Shown: positions 13,039 to 25,794 of the stretch, one piece after another
Layout of the letters: each line of letters starts with the position of its first letter
Position numbering within the stretch: the stretch's first letter is position 1
The notes under the pieces: model-generated
Databases searched by the model: none
What the model was told of the DNA's origin: nothing
The model's input: only the letters and a program-made list of their open reading frames with translations
Made by a program: the position numbers and the translations under genes
NCBI GenBank assembly: GCA_964106915.2
Contig: OZ066914.1
DNA length: 64,000 nucleotides
Origin: Podarcis gaigeae
Taxonomy: Eukaryota
Direction: 5' to 3' (one strand)

Positions 13039-13295
13039 TGCAGGTTTTGGTGTCCTCGGGTGTCTTCCCGTGTAAAAGTTGGGGTGTCTAGGCGACGTTT
13101 CGACGAGGTCTCACTCGTCATCTTCAGGCTGGTGCTGAAGATGGTGCACCAGCCTGAAGATGACGAGTGAGACCTCGTCGAAACGTCGCCTAGACACCCC
13201 AACTTTTACACGGGAAGACACCCGAGGACACCAAAACCTGCATTCCTGTACCCGTGAAAATCTACGAAAGCACATACACATATATATATATACAT

Positions 13296-13351
<56 letters not shown>
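12989..13351 (+). mobile_element. Penelope-like element fragment (98-bp perfect inverted repeat) inserted in (TA)n microsatellite, SLC25A29 3'UTR
   Basis: Arms 13038-13135 and 13146-13243 are exact reverse complements with a 10-nt spacer. An unpaired 3' tail follows to about 13270. (TA)n lies on both sides. Hammerhead core in each arm. Confidence 0.75.
13150..13190 (+). ncRNA. Hammerhead ribozyme core (mirror copy on - strand at about 13091-13131)
   Basis: CTGAAGA-T-GACGAG(tgagac)CTCGTC-GAAA-C-GTC. Perfect 6-bp stem II, palindromic ACGU stem III and a GUC triplet. Stem I is weak (2 bp). Confidence 0.65.
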
Positions 13352-13352
<1 letters not shown>

Positions 13353-13889
13353 AACATTGTCTTAAAAAAATAATAGACCTCATCCTACCTTCCAGCAGTT
13401 CATTATTTGGCACATGGCCTAGCTGCTGCTACAAACCTCATAAAAGACCCCCAGCCTACCCTATTCCCATTCAATATTGATATAAGCCCCTATGCAAGCA
13501 TTCTCCATGCATAAATGGTGGAGAAGGGGCAGGGAGCAGCACTGGGGTCCTGATTCTGTGCAGCACGTTATGCTTGCACAGTTGAATGTTGGTGGGTTCC
13601 CCTTGCAGACAATGGCGCCGTGCATGTTGGGATGGCAAGGCAACTGGCGCACATTCTAGCAGGATGGGTTTTCTTTGCCTTACGTGTTTGTGCTTGAATA
13701 GAGATGTGAGCCTTATTCAGGCATTTGCCTGAAAGTATGTGGGATAAAACGGAGGGAGGGGGCAAGGGCAAGCACACAAAACTCCCTCTCTGAATGTCTC
13801 AGTGCACTGGCTCCATTTCTGACCTTCCCATTTTGAGAGGGAAGATGTAGAGAGGAATTGCTAAGTGAATTAGGAAACCTCGTCAAGAT

Positions 13890-14125
13890 CAGGACATGTT
13901 GCCATATTTCAAAAGCTGAAAGTCCAGCTTTTTTTTAGTTTTGCCCAAAGTTGTGGACTTTTTGGAGCTATTTTTAAGGAAAATCTGCAAAAAATAAAAA
14001 AAATGACACTGCCGGCATGGGTTGCCATACGTCCAGATTTTCCTGGACATTTTAGCTGATTCCCACCCGGACACTGCTTCTGATTCCAGCTATGTCCGGG
14101 AAATTCCGGACCTATGGCAACCCTA
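13890..14125. mobile_element. hAT-like MITE (GGGTTGCCA termini)
   Basis: GGGTTGCCATACGTCC...TATGGCAACCCTA. Related copy at 41834-41972. Confidence 0.55.
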
Positions 14126-14306
14126 ATGTTCACCCAAGCAGTTTTAATCCCCTGCCCTCACAGCACGAAAAGAGAGAGGAATCCAGATGTGCTGGAAAAC
14201 CTGGCTTCAGGTGGCGCTAAAGCCATTGCCTAATCACCCCTTTGTTAGGCAGAATCCCACCAGCAATACTCAGTGACTGAGAATCAGGGAACCTGTGTCC
14301 CTACAC

Positions 14307-14818
14307 CAGTGGTTTTCAACCAGTGTGCCGTGGCACCCTGGGGTGCCTTGAATGAAAGTCAGGGGTGCCATGGGCAACACTGGCCTCTGACTCTCTTTCC
14401 TTCTATTCCTCCTCCCTTGCCCTCTCATGTCTCTGCCTCCCAAAGGCTTGCACAGATGTTCGTTGCTGCAGCCCTGGCTGTAAGCTCCTCAAGCGGATGG
14501 TGCCTCTGGGGCAGGCCAAGGGGTGCTTCCCAGCCCCCTGTGGGGCAGTCTGAGGAGGCACCTCTCTTTGGGGCGGTGGGGGGAAGCTCAGAGACTAGGG
14601 GTAGCAGCAGTGGCTGCCTAGAGGGCTTCCAGGGAGAGAGGCGAGGAGGCTGAGGGAACACTCTGCAAGGGAGGCTGTTTGAAAAGGAACGAGAGGCTGC
14701 CACAGCTCTGCAGCCAAGGGGGTGGCGTAACTGGGCTCCTGAGTCCCACAGGGGTGCCCCAGAAAAAAATGTAGTTGGTCAAGGGAGCAGTGGAATCAAA
14801 AAGCTTGAAAACCTCTAT
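14307..14818. mobile_element. Non-autonomous hAT-like DNA transposon
   Basis: Imperfect TIRs CAGTGGTTTTCAA...TTGAAAACCTCT with GGGGTGCC subterminal repeats. No clean TSD. Confidence 0.55.
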
Positions 14819-16382
14819 TTGAAGGCCTGCAGGTCCCTGTCCCTGACTCTTCTTGCCATGAGAAATTCCGTAAATGGTACATGCTTGAGCATTTACTGTT
14901 CTTGCTATCAAGGCTGATGCATTAGTCATTGGAAATTCCACATACTGTGAACCTTTCAGTACAGCATATCAACATCCTTCTTTTTCTCTTGGTTATGAGG
15001 TTTCTTAGCTGGGTTCCTGCTGGGTTCTCCCACTTCCCCCGTTTTGCTGTACTTTTGACAGGAAGCGCCTGATGACTCTGTGAGTGTGTGCATGTATATG
15101 CACTTAGACAAGCAACAAAGGTTGCAATTTGCCTTTTCCTAATGTACTGCAGGTTGCACTAAAAATCATTCAGGAACGCAGGAAAGTCCTATGCACTTCT
15201 GATAAAGCTTACATACCTTGCTAGTTGCTGCATAATGCAAGGCATCCCAGAAAGCTTAACAGTGCTGATTGTTGTGAGGAAAGTGAACTGCAGAGCTGAA
15301 AGTTGTCATTCCTGAGACTGGGATGTGTGTCAGCACAGCATTGAAGGATACCTAACTATAATGAGAGGGAGCAAAGCAGGGCTTCATTAACCTCAGCCAG
15401 CGTGAGCAAGGGCCATGGGACTTTTACATGAGCAACATCTATAAGGCTGCAGCTTCCCAGTGCAGGTGTGAAAGATGCAGGTGCATATTGACACTATAGC
15501 ACCTTTGTAGCTCCTCATCTCTCTCTTGTTACAGTGCAGTTTGGAAGGCAAGCTTATCAAGAGAGCCTCTGGCAACTTTTTGGCCTATTCTGCAGAGCTA
15601 TGCCCAACAACGTTGTCCCGTTTGCACCACAGCTTCTGCTTGGGCCATAGAACTTCTCCCCTCGCAGGGCTCCCACGTTTGTTCTGGGGTTCCCCCCACC
15701 CTGTGGAATGGTTGTGGAGGAGAAGTTCTGTCGTGCAGGAACAAACAGGACATTTGTCATACGGTTCAACACTGGCATGTATGTTGTTCTAGCTCTGTTG
15801 ACCTCAAACGTTTGTTAGAATCCATGCAAGTTAGCTGGATGGTCAGTGAGAGTGAGATTTACTTTTCTTTAGAGACAAGAGGCTTAGGCTGCAGTCTTAT
15901 CTCCTCTTAGCTGGCTATGAGTCTCATTGAACTCCAAATACTTTTGAAGAGGTATGCATGGAGTCGTGCTTTGGAGCCATTGCTGTTGGCCAGTCACCAG
16001 TATTAAGAGCCTACCAAGAGCTGTAAACCTGTCTTCTTTTACCCTGCCAAGTGAAGGAGAATTTTACCATACTTCATTGAGGCCAGATATGAACGTTACA
16101 GGTCCTATTGCTCTGTTAGGGGCATAATGTTGCCACCTGTGGAGGTGGTTTTAGACAAGCCCTGCATGACCCATGGCATGTCCCCAAGCCTTCCTCCTAG
16201 TCCTCAAAGGTGTTCTTAATTCTGGTGTAGAAACATCCTACGGACAGAGGTAAAATTGAAATGGAAGCATAGCCCTTGACTAATTTCCACACATTTGAAG
16301 CTAGGAAAAGAAAGCCAGGAATACTCGCTTGGAATAATTACAGGATACTTCCTCTTTCCAAGTTGTGTTCTCTGTGAACCTT

Positions 16383-16532
16383 TTATTATTATTATTAAGT
16401 TGATTTATTATTTTATTATTTTCAATAGTAATAAATAAAAATAAAAATGTGCACCCCACCCCCAAGACCATTCCATTGTAACTATCCAACCTCCCAAAAT
16501 TTCAACACCTCTTGCAATGGTTTGACCCCTTT
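16383..16532 (-). mobile_element. Extremely 5'-truncated LINE (L1-like) 3' end
   Basis: 10-bp TSD TGTGAACCTT at 16373-16382 and 16533-16542. Reverse complement of about 49088-49220. Confidence 0.75.
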
Positions 16533-17769
16533 TGTGAACCTTACTTTCAACGCTTCCCATGTGAGCAGAACAATGTGCAAGGTAGCATGAAATTCCTAAG
16601 GTCAAAAGCCAGAGGAATTCCAAGCTCCACAAGGCAAATAACTCCTAGATCTGACCCAATTAGAAAAACTGGGGGAGCAGGAGTTATATTCACGTCTCTA
16701 TTTCGTACAGGGCAACGCAGAGAACCTGTTGGCAAACACTTCTTAGTCAAGAGTCACTTGTGTTAACCATGGTTTATTGAAAGGGGGTCTTCCTCAAAAC
16801 CCTTCATATCCAAAGCATGATTGGGAAGCTGTATTATGTCGAGTCGGATGATTGCTCCATCTAGCTCCATCTAGCTCCACGGTTTCAGACGAGAGTCTCC
16901 TTCCCAGCCCTGCCTGGTGATGTTGGGGATTGGCCAACCAGATGCTCTGCCACTCAGCCATGGCTCTTCCCCAACCATGGTTCTCTTAACCCTGGGGTCC
17001 CCAGCTGCTTTTGGACTACAACTCCCATCCGTAGCCACAAGGACCAGTGGTCAGGGATGATGGGAATTGTGGTCCAAAAACAACCGGAGACCCAACTTTG
17101 AGAAACTCTGTCTTTGCCATACCTTCAATGTGAGACCTATTCCTTTTCTTTTTATGTCTTTCCTCCTTTATATGCTCGCTCTTCTCCTTGTTATTTTTCT
17201 GCTGCTCTTCTCTCAAGAACGTGCAAGCCCAGAAGAAAATGGCAGTGTTGCTGCTACTACTGTGAATGGCTTTAGAGCAAGGCCTAACCCAGCTGAGGGT
17301 CTCAATGTATTTGCTGAAGGCCAATGCTCTATAAAGTGCTAAAAGGTTTAGATTTAGAGAAGGGAATTTTGGGCAGGGGGTGGTGGTGGTGGGAGCCACC
17401 TTTAAGCAAGGGATATAAAACAACACAACTGATAATAAAGAACCTCCCACAAGCTGATGGCCATGGTGGGTATTTTACCCTTTTTATTGGGGACAGAGGT
17501 GCAATAGGGCTGGCTGGTCTTTTAATGAAATACCTACCTAGATAACAGCATTTTTAAACCAATGTTACGCTGGAGAAACCTGTAAAACTGGTTCATCGCT
17601 TCTATACCTTGGAGGTATACCGAATGTTTCGCTGCCTGTTTGGCAAGGACACTCAAATTGAATGTGAAACCTATCCGAGCTGTTAATGCACAACAATTCA
17701 AAGCAATGACAACTATCTCTTTTTTTGTACAGTATTCTGTAACTGTTGTACATAAAGGCAGAATGAATG

Positions 17770-17775
17770 AATAAA
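17770..17775 (+). terminator. Candidate distal polyadenylation signal of SLC25A29
   Basis: AATAAA preceded by several TGTA motifs and followed by T-rich sequence. Inference only. Confidence 0.45.
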
Positions 17776-18569
17776 TCTTTTTTTAAAATAATATTGTAGT
17801 TTCATCAAAAGGTGCATCTATATTTCACTCCCACGTGATAATGCAAGACAATCACCTAATGATTGTATGTTTTATGGGACAACCTCAGTGCAATGCAGGC
17901 AACAGATCTGTTGAGGGTTCTTGCAGAGCTCCCAATTTTTGCAAACCAGCCACAGGTTGCAAGACATTTCTTGCTGATAAAAGGTCTTCGGAACCTGCGC
18001 AAAGCAAATCAGAATTGGGAGTTGGTTGAAACAGTAAGTACTTGAAAGAAGCGATTGTGGTGCTTTTCTCATAGGGAAGTGCTATTATTTTCAAAGGCAG
18101 GAGGTTACCTGTTGGAAGCTGCTGTAGTTTTGTACCCTTGGCTCTTATTTCTTGCAATTCCAGAAATGGAAGGAGAGTTGCGTGTCCCTTCCATGCCTCA
18201 AACTCCCTATCCATTCATGCAAGTTTACGACCCAAGTGAATGGAGTGATGAAGAAATACTGTGTTGCAATAAGCAAAGTCCTTTGCAAACCCCACACCCG
18301 TTTACATCACATTTACGGTACAAAATGTGCATTAGCATCATATTTTAAAACCATTCAAGATCCATAGCCACAGAACTTACCATATATAAAATTCAATTCA
18401 GATATCAAAATTAATCATAAAGCATACTTGCAATTTTCTGGTCACTGTGGCAAATGCAGCTGCTGTTTCAGTAATGTAGAACTGATTTACAATGCTAGCT
18501 TTCAGGGATAATCTCCTGCCCACAATTTCAGTAACCATGCAAGGAGTCATGGGGGATAAATGTGCTCTT

Positions 18570-18870
18570 AAAGGTAAAGGGACCCCTGACCATTATGTCC
18601 AGTCTGGGGTTGCAGCGCTCATCTCGCTTTATTGGCCGAGGGAGCCGGCATACAGCTTCCGGGTCATGTGGCCAGCATGACTAAGCCGCTTCTGGTGAAC
18701 CAGAGCAGCGCACGGAAATGCCGTTTACCTTCCAACCAGAGCGGTGCCTATTTATCGACTTGCATTTTGACATGCTTTCGAACTGCTAGGTTGGCAGGAG
18801 CAGGGACAAAGCAACAGGAGCTCACCCCGTCACGGGGATTCAAACCGCCGACCTTCTGATCGGCAAGCCC
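18570..18870 (-). mobile_element. Sauria SINE (5'-truncated)
   Basis: AAAGGTAAAGGGACCCCTGACC tail and homologous body. Confidence 0.85.
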
Positions 18871-19149
18871 AACCACCCTGCCCTCAATGCTGGAAGAGGG
18901 CTTGACCGTTCCACCTTACAAAGGGAACAGCAGTTATGATAGGGACCTGCCTCCAATGTCTAAAATGGCACCAACTGAGCAGCTTAGAATTGTCTTCAAT
19001 GAATGGTGGTAATGGAGACCCAGCAACTGTGATTAGCAGATTCCATTCCTGTTCCTACAGCACAAGTAAAATGCCTACTTGCTGCTACAACTCATCCAGC
19101 TCACTGACTGTCAGGTTCAGTCATATATACCAAAAGTGAGATGCTAGTA

Positions 19150-19263
19150 CAGGCATAGGCAAACTCGGCCCTCCAGATGTTTCGGGACCACTGGTCCTGT
19201 TAGCCAAGGATGATGGGAGTTGTAGTCCCAGAACATCTGGGGGGCCAAGTTTGCCTATGCATG
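19150..19263. mobile_element. hAT/Charlie-type MITE
   Basis: TIR CAGGCATAGGCAAACT and perfect 8-bp TSD TGCTAGTA at 19142-19149 and 19264-19271. Confidence 0.85.
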
Positions 19264-19333
19264 TGCTAGTAGCAATAGCAGGACTGTTTAGTTTGCTGAC
19301 AAATATTCAGGTTCTTTGATAACACTAATAGTT

Positions 19334-19597
19334 GTTGTTGTTTAGTCATTTAGTCGTGTCTGACTCTTCGTGACCCCATGGACCAGAGCATGTTCGTAGC
19401 TTTGAGAACACTGTCCAACCATCAATCTTTCCCAACATCAGGGTCTTTTCCAGGGAGTCTTTCTTTCTCGTGGCCAAAGTATTGGAGCCTCAGCTTCTGG
19501 ATCTGTCCTTCCAGTGAGCACTCAGGGCTGATTTCCTTAAGAATGGATAGGTTTGATCTTCTTGCAGTCCATGGGACTCTCAAGAGTCTCCTCCAGC
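19334..19597 (-). mobile_element. Bov-B (RTE) LINE 3' fragment
   Basis: (CAA)n tail, GTCGTGTCTGACTCTTCGTGACCCCATGGAC and GGGACTCTCAAGAGTCTCCTCCAGCA typical of Bov-B. TSD AACACT(A/G)ATAGTT. Confidence 0.85.
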
Positions 19598-19997
19598 AAC
19601 ACTGATAGTTAGGCTATCCTATAAACCCTATGGAGATGGTAGTATTTTTTTTTTATAAATTAACAGCAACCAGAGAATAAGGCAACGTCCTGGGAAGGAA
19701 AGAGCAAAGCTGCTGAACTCCAAAGGGTGCCGTTTCAGCCTCAGGGTTACGCTACATCAAAGGTGGGGAACCTGAGGTTCTCCAGACGTTGCAGGACTAA
19801 AACTCCTACCAGTCTCTCATAATTTGGTATATTGGTGGGGCTGATGGAAGTTGAGAGTCCAGCACAGGGAATCTACTGGTTCCCCAACACTGAAATACCT
19901 GTTCAGGTTCAGCACACTCTGCAGCTACACTTGGGCAGTATTTTTTTAAATGAGGATTCAGACATGCAGCAAAAGGTGCTTGGTATTTCTAAAGATG

Positions 19998-20160
19998 AAG
20001 TTAAAGCCTTAGAAGCGTCTCCCAACCTTGGTTCTCCAGTTGTCTCTGGACTACAACTCCCATCATCCCTAGCTAGGACTAGTGGTCAGGGATGATAGGA
20101 ATTGTAGTCCAAAAACAACTCAAGAACCAAGTTTGGGAGACGCTTCTAAGGCTTTAACTT
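19998..20160. mobile_element. Palindromic hAT-type MITE with extended inverted flank
   Basis: Same family as 16975-17105 and 59841-60067. Outer 28 bp are a perfect inverted repeat. Confidence 0.7.
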
Positions 20161-22624
20161 GTCTCAAGGACAAGAGGGCACATGGAGGATGAGAGGAAGT
20201 ACCACTTATGCAAGTGGACATTGCCCAAGCTGGAATTCAGAAGCTAAATTCTTTTTTACGAATTAAATATACATGCAGGTGCCGCTATCAGAACACTAGT
20301 TATCCAAAATCTGCTAGCTGAACACCAAGAATCATACCCAAACCTTGCTACACAGACAGCTGATTCAGATATCCAAACAACCAGAGTTTGCCCACTTCCT
20401 TACTTATTTCTGTTTTGCTGGTCAGCGGCAGCCATTTCAGGGAGGGAGGCAGATTGTGAACATTCCTAATCTGTGATTTGTTCACAGGAAACAATGGAAA
20501 TAATCAGCTCGTTATATGCAAACGTTTGCCTAACAAATAATTTCCTGGGAACGCATTGTGTTCAGAAAGTGGGACCGGCATGTATTCTTCAGATGCATCC
20601 TGTAAGGGGCATGTCCCATGATGAAGTAGCATCCTTGCATCTCTCACACAGGGGTGGCTAAACCTGTGGCTGTGCAGATTGTTGGGACGCCAAACTCCCA
20701 CCAGCTCCCCATCTGCGCGGACAGCTATCAACATCTCCCGCTCTTAAGTTCTAGGAGAGATCTGCAACAAGAGCACTCATCTTCACAACTCTTCAAAAAC
20801 ACCAGCACACCAAGACGGTGAGAAAGGAACACTAACCTTCATCTTCCTCTTGCTTCCCTTTTAAAAAAATAAACTGAAATTTAATCAGCTTTAGCAAGTT
20901 TAGAAGCTGCTTTTCACACATAAGATGGCGTTACCATGTACAGTTAACTATGCAGTACAGAAAGTAGTACATGAATTTGTCATTGTTTACAGAGAACCTG
21001 ATGTTATGCTAGGCATAAATATGGTTCTAGGGAGGAATACACAATTGCAAGTGCTACACAGCAAAGTGTAAAAGAGAAAAGGATTTTTTTAGGTTGAGTC
21101 CATAAACGGAAACACTTGTCTACCAATGCTGGCTTACGTTAGTGTAAGCAGAGTTAAGACAGATGATACCAAGACAGAAACAAAACTAAGGCTTGGCTTG
21201 AGATGGCCCCAAGATGCATTTAATTGGTGGGCAAGTTTCTCCAGAAACACAAGATCCCATTCCTTAGCAAAACTATTGCAGAAGGGATGCTTCAAGATGG
21301 GAAACCTTCAGTCTTGAGCAGGTACCTTAGTTCCCATTCCCCGTATTAAGAACTTAAGCCCAGGAGATTTACATTTTGAAGTTGCATCGCTGACACATGA
21401 AAATTGTATTCCCACTTCCCATCCAGTTTGAATATAAAATCAGGCACTGGGGGCACACTGGCAGCAATATACCCATTCTCTGTCCTGTTGCAAGCTAGAT
21501 CTTCGTTAATAATTGCAGATTCATTGCAGCAATGACGTTTCTGTACAACCAGGGTTGTGTTTATTTAAAAGCATTTATAAACCGCTTCATATTTTAAAAA
21601 TCTCTTAAGCGGCTGCTACAAATCTCTTAATACAGGCTGCTACAATTCTGCAGAAGTGTAAAACAGAAGTTGCAGCACACGGTACAGGGTTCAGATTTCA
21701 GCTTGCCAAGAAACTCATTTCTAGACCTCAGTTCCTAGCCCTTAAGGTTGAAAGTAGAGGAATTCAATGTAGAGCTAAGCGGATGGCTTGGCCTGCCCCC
21801 CTCCTGAACAGTGTCCCGGCGCCCTTAGCCAACATGCAGCGTGCCGGGGGGGGGGGGGGGGAGGACTCTGCTGTGCCAGGAGAAGTCCTTGTGCAGGATG
21901 AATCCCGTCATATTCTTGTGAGCATGGGGAGTGCCCTCAAAAGCTACTAAAATTTCCATTGATCAGGGGTGGGGCTTGGGTGCCCTGCACAGCTTCTTGC
22001 CATTGTCCCTTGATTAGGTTATGCAGAATTATTGTACAACAGTAAAGCATTACAGAGTCAAACAAAATAGGTTGTATCATTTAAATTCACATCACTGATG
22101 CAGAAGCCACCCTTTTCTCGGCTCAGAATCCGAGTTAAGCTTGTTGCTGTTTTGGTACTTAGGGCAGCTATTGGACACCAAGAAGGAAAAATGACAGCAA
22201 CTATACAACACAGCTCTGTTCAACAAAAAATATGCAACCTGCACTATACTGTTCTATAGATTCTCAAAGGTAAGAACCATCTCCCCCGGCCAAGGACAAG
22301 CATTCTGGTGTTTCAATTCACATGCACGAATCACCCCACTAATGGGTGCAGCTGTCATCACCTTACCTTATCAGACCAAGGCAGCAGAGGTCTATAGGTT
22401 GTCCTGCTCCACCACTTGCTGAATGTAAAAAAAACCAAAAGCTAAACTTCACTGTCAAAGCTGCAGCGCCCAATGGGAGGCTCCATATGATCCAGAGAGA
22501 TCAAAATCTCCACAACTGCTTAGTGTTATTCAGGTTGGGGGTTTAGTGCTAAGATGAAGATACACCACTTACATTAAAAATCTAATTGAATGCAGGGGAG
22601 GGGGGTAGTTAAGGTAACTTGAGT

Positions 22625-22630
22625 TTTATT
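22625..22630 (-). terminator. Candidate YY1 polyadenylation signal
   Basis: AATAAA on the - strand about 1 kb after the stop, at the end of a repeat-free UTR-like block. Second hexamer at 22744-22749. Confidence 0.55.
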
Positions 22631-22973
22631 TAGCATCCAATTTCTGGGACGTTAAAGAACTATAATTTGTCCTGGACAACAGAAGAAAAATAGGCTGTGC
22701 TTACAGATTGTTTTCTGCCATATTCTTTCTTCAGGACCACTGTTTTATTTTTTTGCCCACTCTATTACACGGGATGTACATATCAGGTGTTGTTAAAAGC
22801 TCAGTGCCTGTACAATACATTCTACAACTGAGCACCACTTTCCTTAACTGAACAGGCAAAGAGAAAGTACACGGAACATCAGCATCTGGCAGTATTTTTC
22901 CCAAAAAAAGTGACTAAAATGGGTTTAAGTTGATTAACACTATTAAATCACATCTAATATTTGTTACTACATG

Positions 22974-23286
22974 NNNNNNNNNNNNNNNNNNNNNNNNNNN
23001 NNNNNNNNNNNNNNNNNNNNNNNNNNNNNNNNNNNNNNNNNNNNNNNNNNNNNNNNNNNNNNNNNNNNNNNNNNNNNNNNNNNNNNNNNNNNNNNNNNNN
23101 NNNNNNNNNNNNNNNNNNNNNNNNNNNNNNNNNNNNNNNNNNNNNNNNNNNNNNNNNNNNNNNNNNNNNNNNNNNNNNNNNNNNNNNNNNNNNNNNNNNN
23201 NNNNNNNNNNNNNNNNNNNNNNNNNNNNNNNNNNNNNNNNNNNNNNNNNNNNNNNNNNNNNNNNNNNNNNNNNNNNNNNNNNNNNN
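22974..23286. other. Assembly gap (N run) in YY1 3'UTR
   Basis: Run of N. Confidence 1.
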
Positions 23287-23620
23287 AAAGTCCAATTTTA
23301 GCACTGTTGTAGAAAGAACTGTCTTTGATGCAAGTCCATGAACTGTCTTGCCTCCTCCAGGTGGGGCCACGCTTTACAAAAACACCGTACTCTCGAAACC
23401 CAAATTATAGAGCAAAATCGAGCATTGCAGCAATGCACCCTTAAAGTTTATTTTGCCACTTTATCAAAAACAAGTCCTTTAGGCATGTAGGGTTCTTTTT
23501 TTGTTTGTTTTTTTAAATTCTTTCCTAGAAACAATATACAAAGGGGAGGCTTATTCATTTTCAACCATTCTCCTGTAAAGTAAGATGCTTTGAGTCCAAG
23601 AGCTTTCTTCTTGCAGAGTT

Positions 23621-23839
<219 letters not shown>

Positions 23840-24094
23840 TCAGTAAGACTAATATTTTTGCCTCAAATACTGTGAACATGAAACTATTATTAGTTTGCTC
23901 ATGGCACGCTGGCACTTTCTAGTCACCATTTCTATACAGTCTCTCATGGTAGTCACAAGGCAGAGGGCAATCATTTTAAAAATGCAATACAAACATACAA
24001 TATTCAGAATGAAGCTGAAACTCAAACCCATGGACTTCCATACACAGGATCATATTTGTTGCTGGTTGACTGACTGAATACAAAGAGTGATCAC

Positions 24095-24760
24095 TAATAG
24101 TTTCCTGTCACCCTGGAAAAACGTAACAAGTGGGACACCACAGGGTTATGTCCTGGGCCCGACATAACCGACCTCTTTATAAATGACTTGGGTGAAGGAA
24201 TTGAGGGGATGCTCATCAAATCTGCAGATGCCACCAAACTGGGAGGGGTAGCCAATGCCACTGAAGACAGAATAGTGATTCAATCAGACCTTTAACAGAT
24301 TGGAAAACTGAGCCCAAACTAACAGTGAATTTCAATAGGGACATAGGTAAGGTTTTACACTTAGGCAGGAAGAACCAACTGTACAGATATAGGATGGTGG
24401 ACACCTGGCTTGCCTGGAGTACCTGTGAAAAAGATCTAGGACTATTAGTAGACAAGCCTAACATGAGTCAACTGTGTGATGCAGCAGCAAAAAAAGCTAA
24501 TGCTATTCTAGGCTGCATCAACCAAAGTGTAGTCTCCAGATCAATAGTACTGCTCTATTCTGCCTTGGCTAGTCCACACCTGGAGTACTGTGTCAAATTC
24601 TGAGCAACACTATTTAAGAAGGATGTTGACAAGCTGGAACATGTGCAGAGGAGGGCAACTAAGATGATCAAGGGTCTGGAAGCCAAGCCTTATGAGGAAT
24701 GGTTGAAGGAGCTAGGACTAGATGACCCTCAGGATCCCTTCCAACTCTACAATGCATACA
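24095..24760 (+). mobile_element. CR1 LINE fragment (YY1 intron 4)
   Basis: Degenerate CR1 RT C-terminus (KVLHLGRKN, EKDLG, KKANAILGCI, PHLEYCV) and GATCCCTTCCAAC 3' end. Confidence 0.85.
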
Positions 24761-25794
24761 ATCATACAAAGTACAGTATGATTCTATACCTTGTGACATG
24801 AATTTACTAGCAGTAAGATATCTCAAGAAAAAGCTTTACATTTCTAAAGCAGTTAAGTAGTAGTCCAGGTAACATTACATAAGCCTATAAGCAGTTCTTG
24901 GTATCCTTCAAGCACCACCTTTACTCTTTAATCCACATTTCCCCAGGAAAATACATTATAAATGTACACCAATTAACCGCAACGTTACACTAAAAAAATT
25001 ACTGCAAATGGCAGGCTTCCCAGCCAAGAACTTAGGAATCCCATGGACATGAAGAATTCACCCATTCCTTCCTATAAATGCTATGGTGCAATGCCTGTGT
25101 TATCTGAACAGTTCAGCAGGCATAACAAGCAAAGTACGTCTCTGGAGGATAAAGACAATGATCACTTTATCCACTGAAATCAAAGTTGGCATTCACTATC
25201 TTGTTTCTATGCACTTGTTTCTATGCACGGCTTCATTCATAGCCTTCTTGCACGATTTTTGCCAACGAAAGGCTGAGGAACATTTGATGAAGAGGCATGT
25301 CTTCAACAACATGGCAAAAGTCAATTCTTGATTGCTTTATATAAAGCACAGTGAATAACAGCCATGGCAAACTACTACTACTGAGAGGTAAAACAACAGT
25401 TCTAAGAGCGCCAGCTTTCACAACAGGAACAGAATTTCTCCACTGTCTAGATTTCTGTTTATTGCTCCTATTAAAAAAGTTTGCATACAAGCACATTCTA
25501 AAAACCTCAAGGAGAAAAAACACACATACAATTTGTTTATGATGTTGTCCAGTTTGTACATCTTGAGCTGGCAAACTAGACAGTATGACTTATCAGTGAA
25601 AGACATCCCACACCTATATAACCTCTGAGGCCTGGCCTGTAGTGGGAAAATGCAGCATGTCGGGAAAGGGAGAAACAGTTCTCAATATATTGCACTCCAT
25701 CTACATCAACAGCTTGCAAGTGCTCCAATAATTAAGTCTCTGACAATGATGAAGTGTGCAGCCAGCAAATGAAATGCTTTTGGGGTTGGGGTGT

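Noticed and set aside
12960-13480. Pairs of similar small ORFs on opposite strands with (YI)n
   Set aside because: Products of the palindrome and (TA)n, not proteins.
16975-17105. miRNA-like hairpins (also 19150, 31640, 59841)
   Set aside because: Multi-copy palindromic MITEs with TIRs and TSDs, with no evidence of miRNA processing.
22930-23370. ORFs of poly-X
   Set aside because: Artefacts of the assembly gap.
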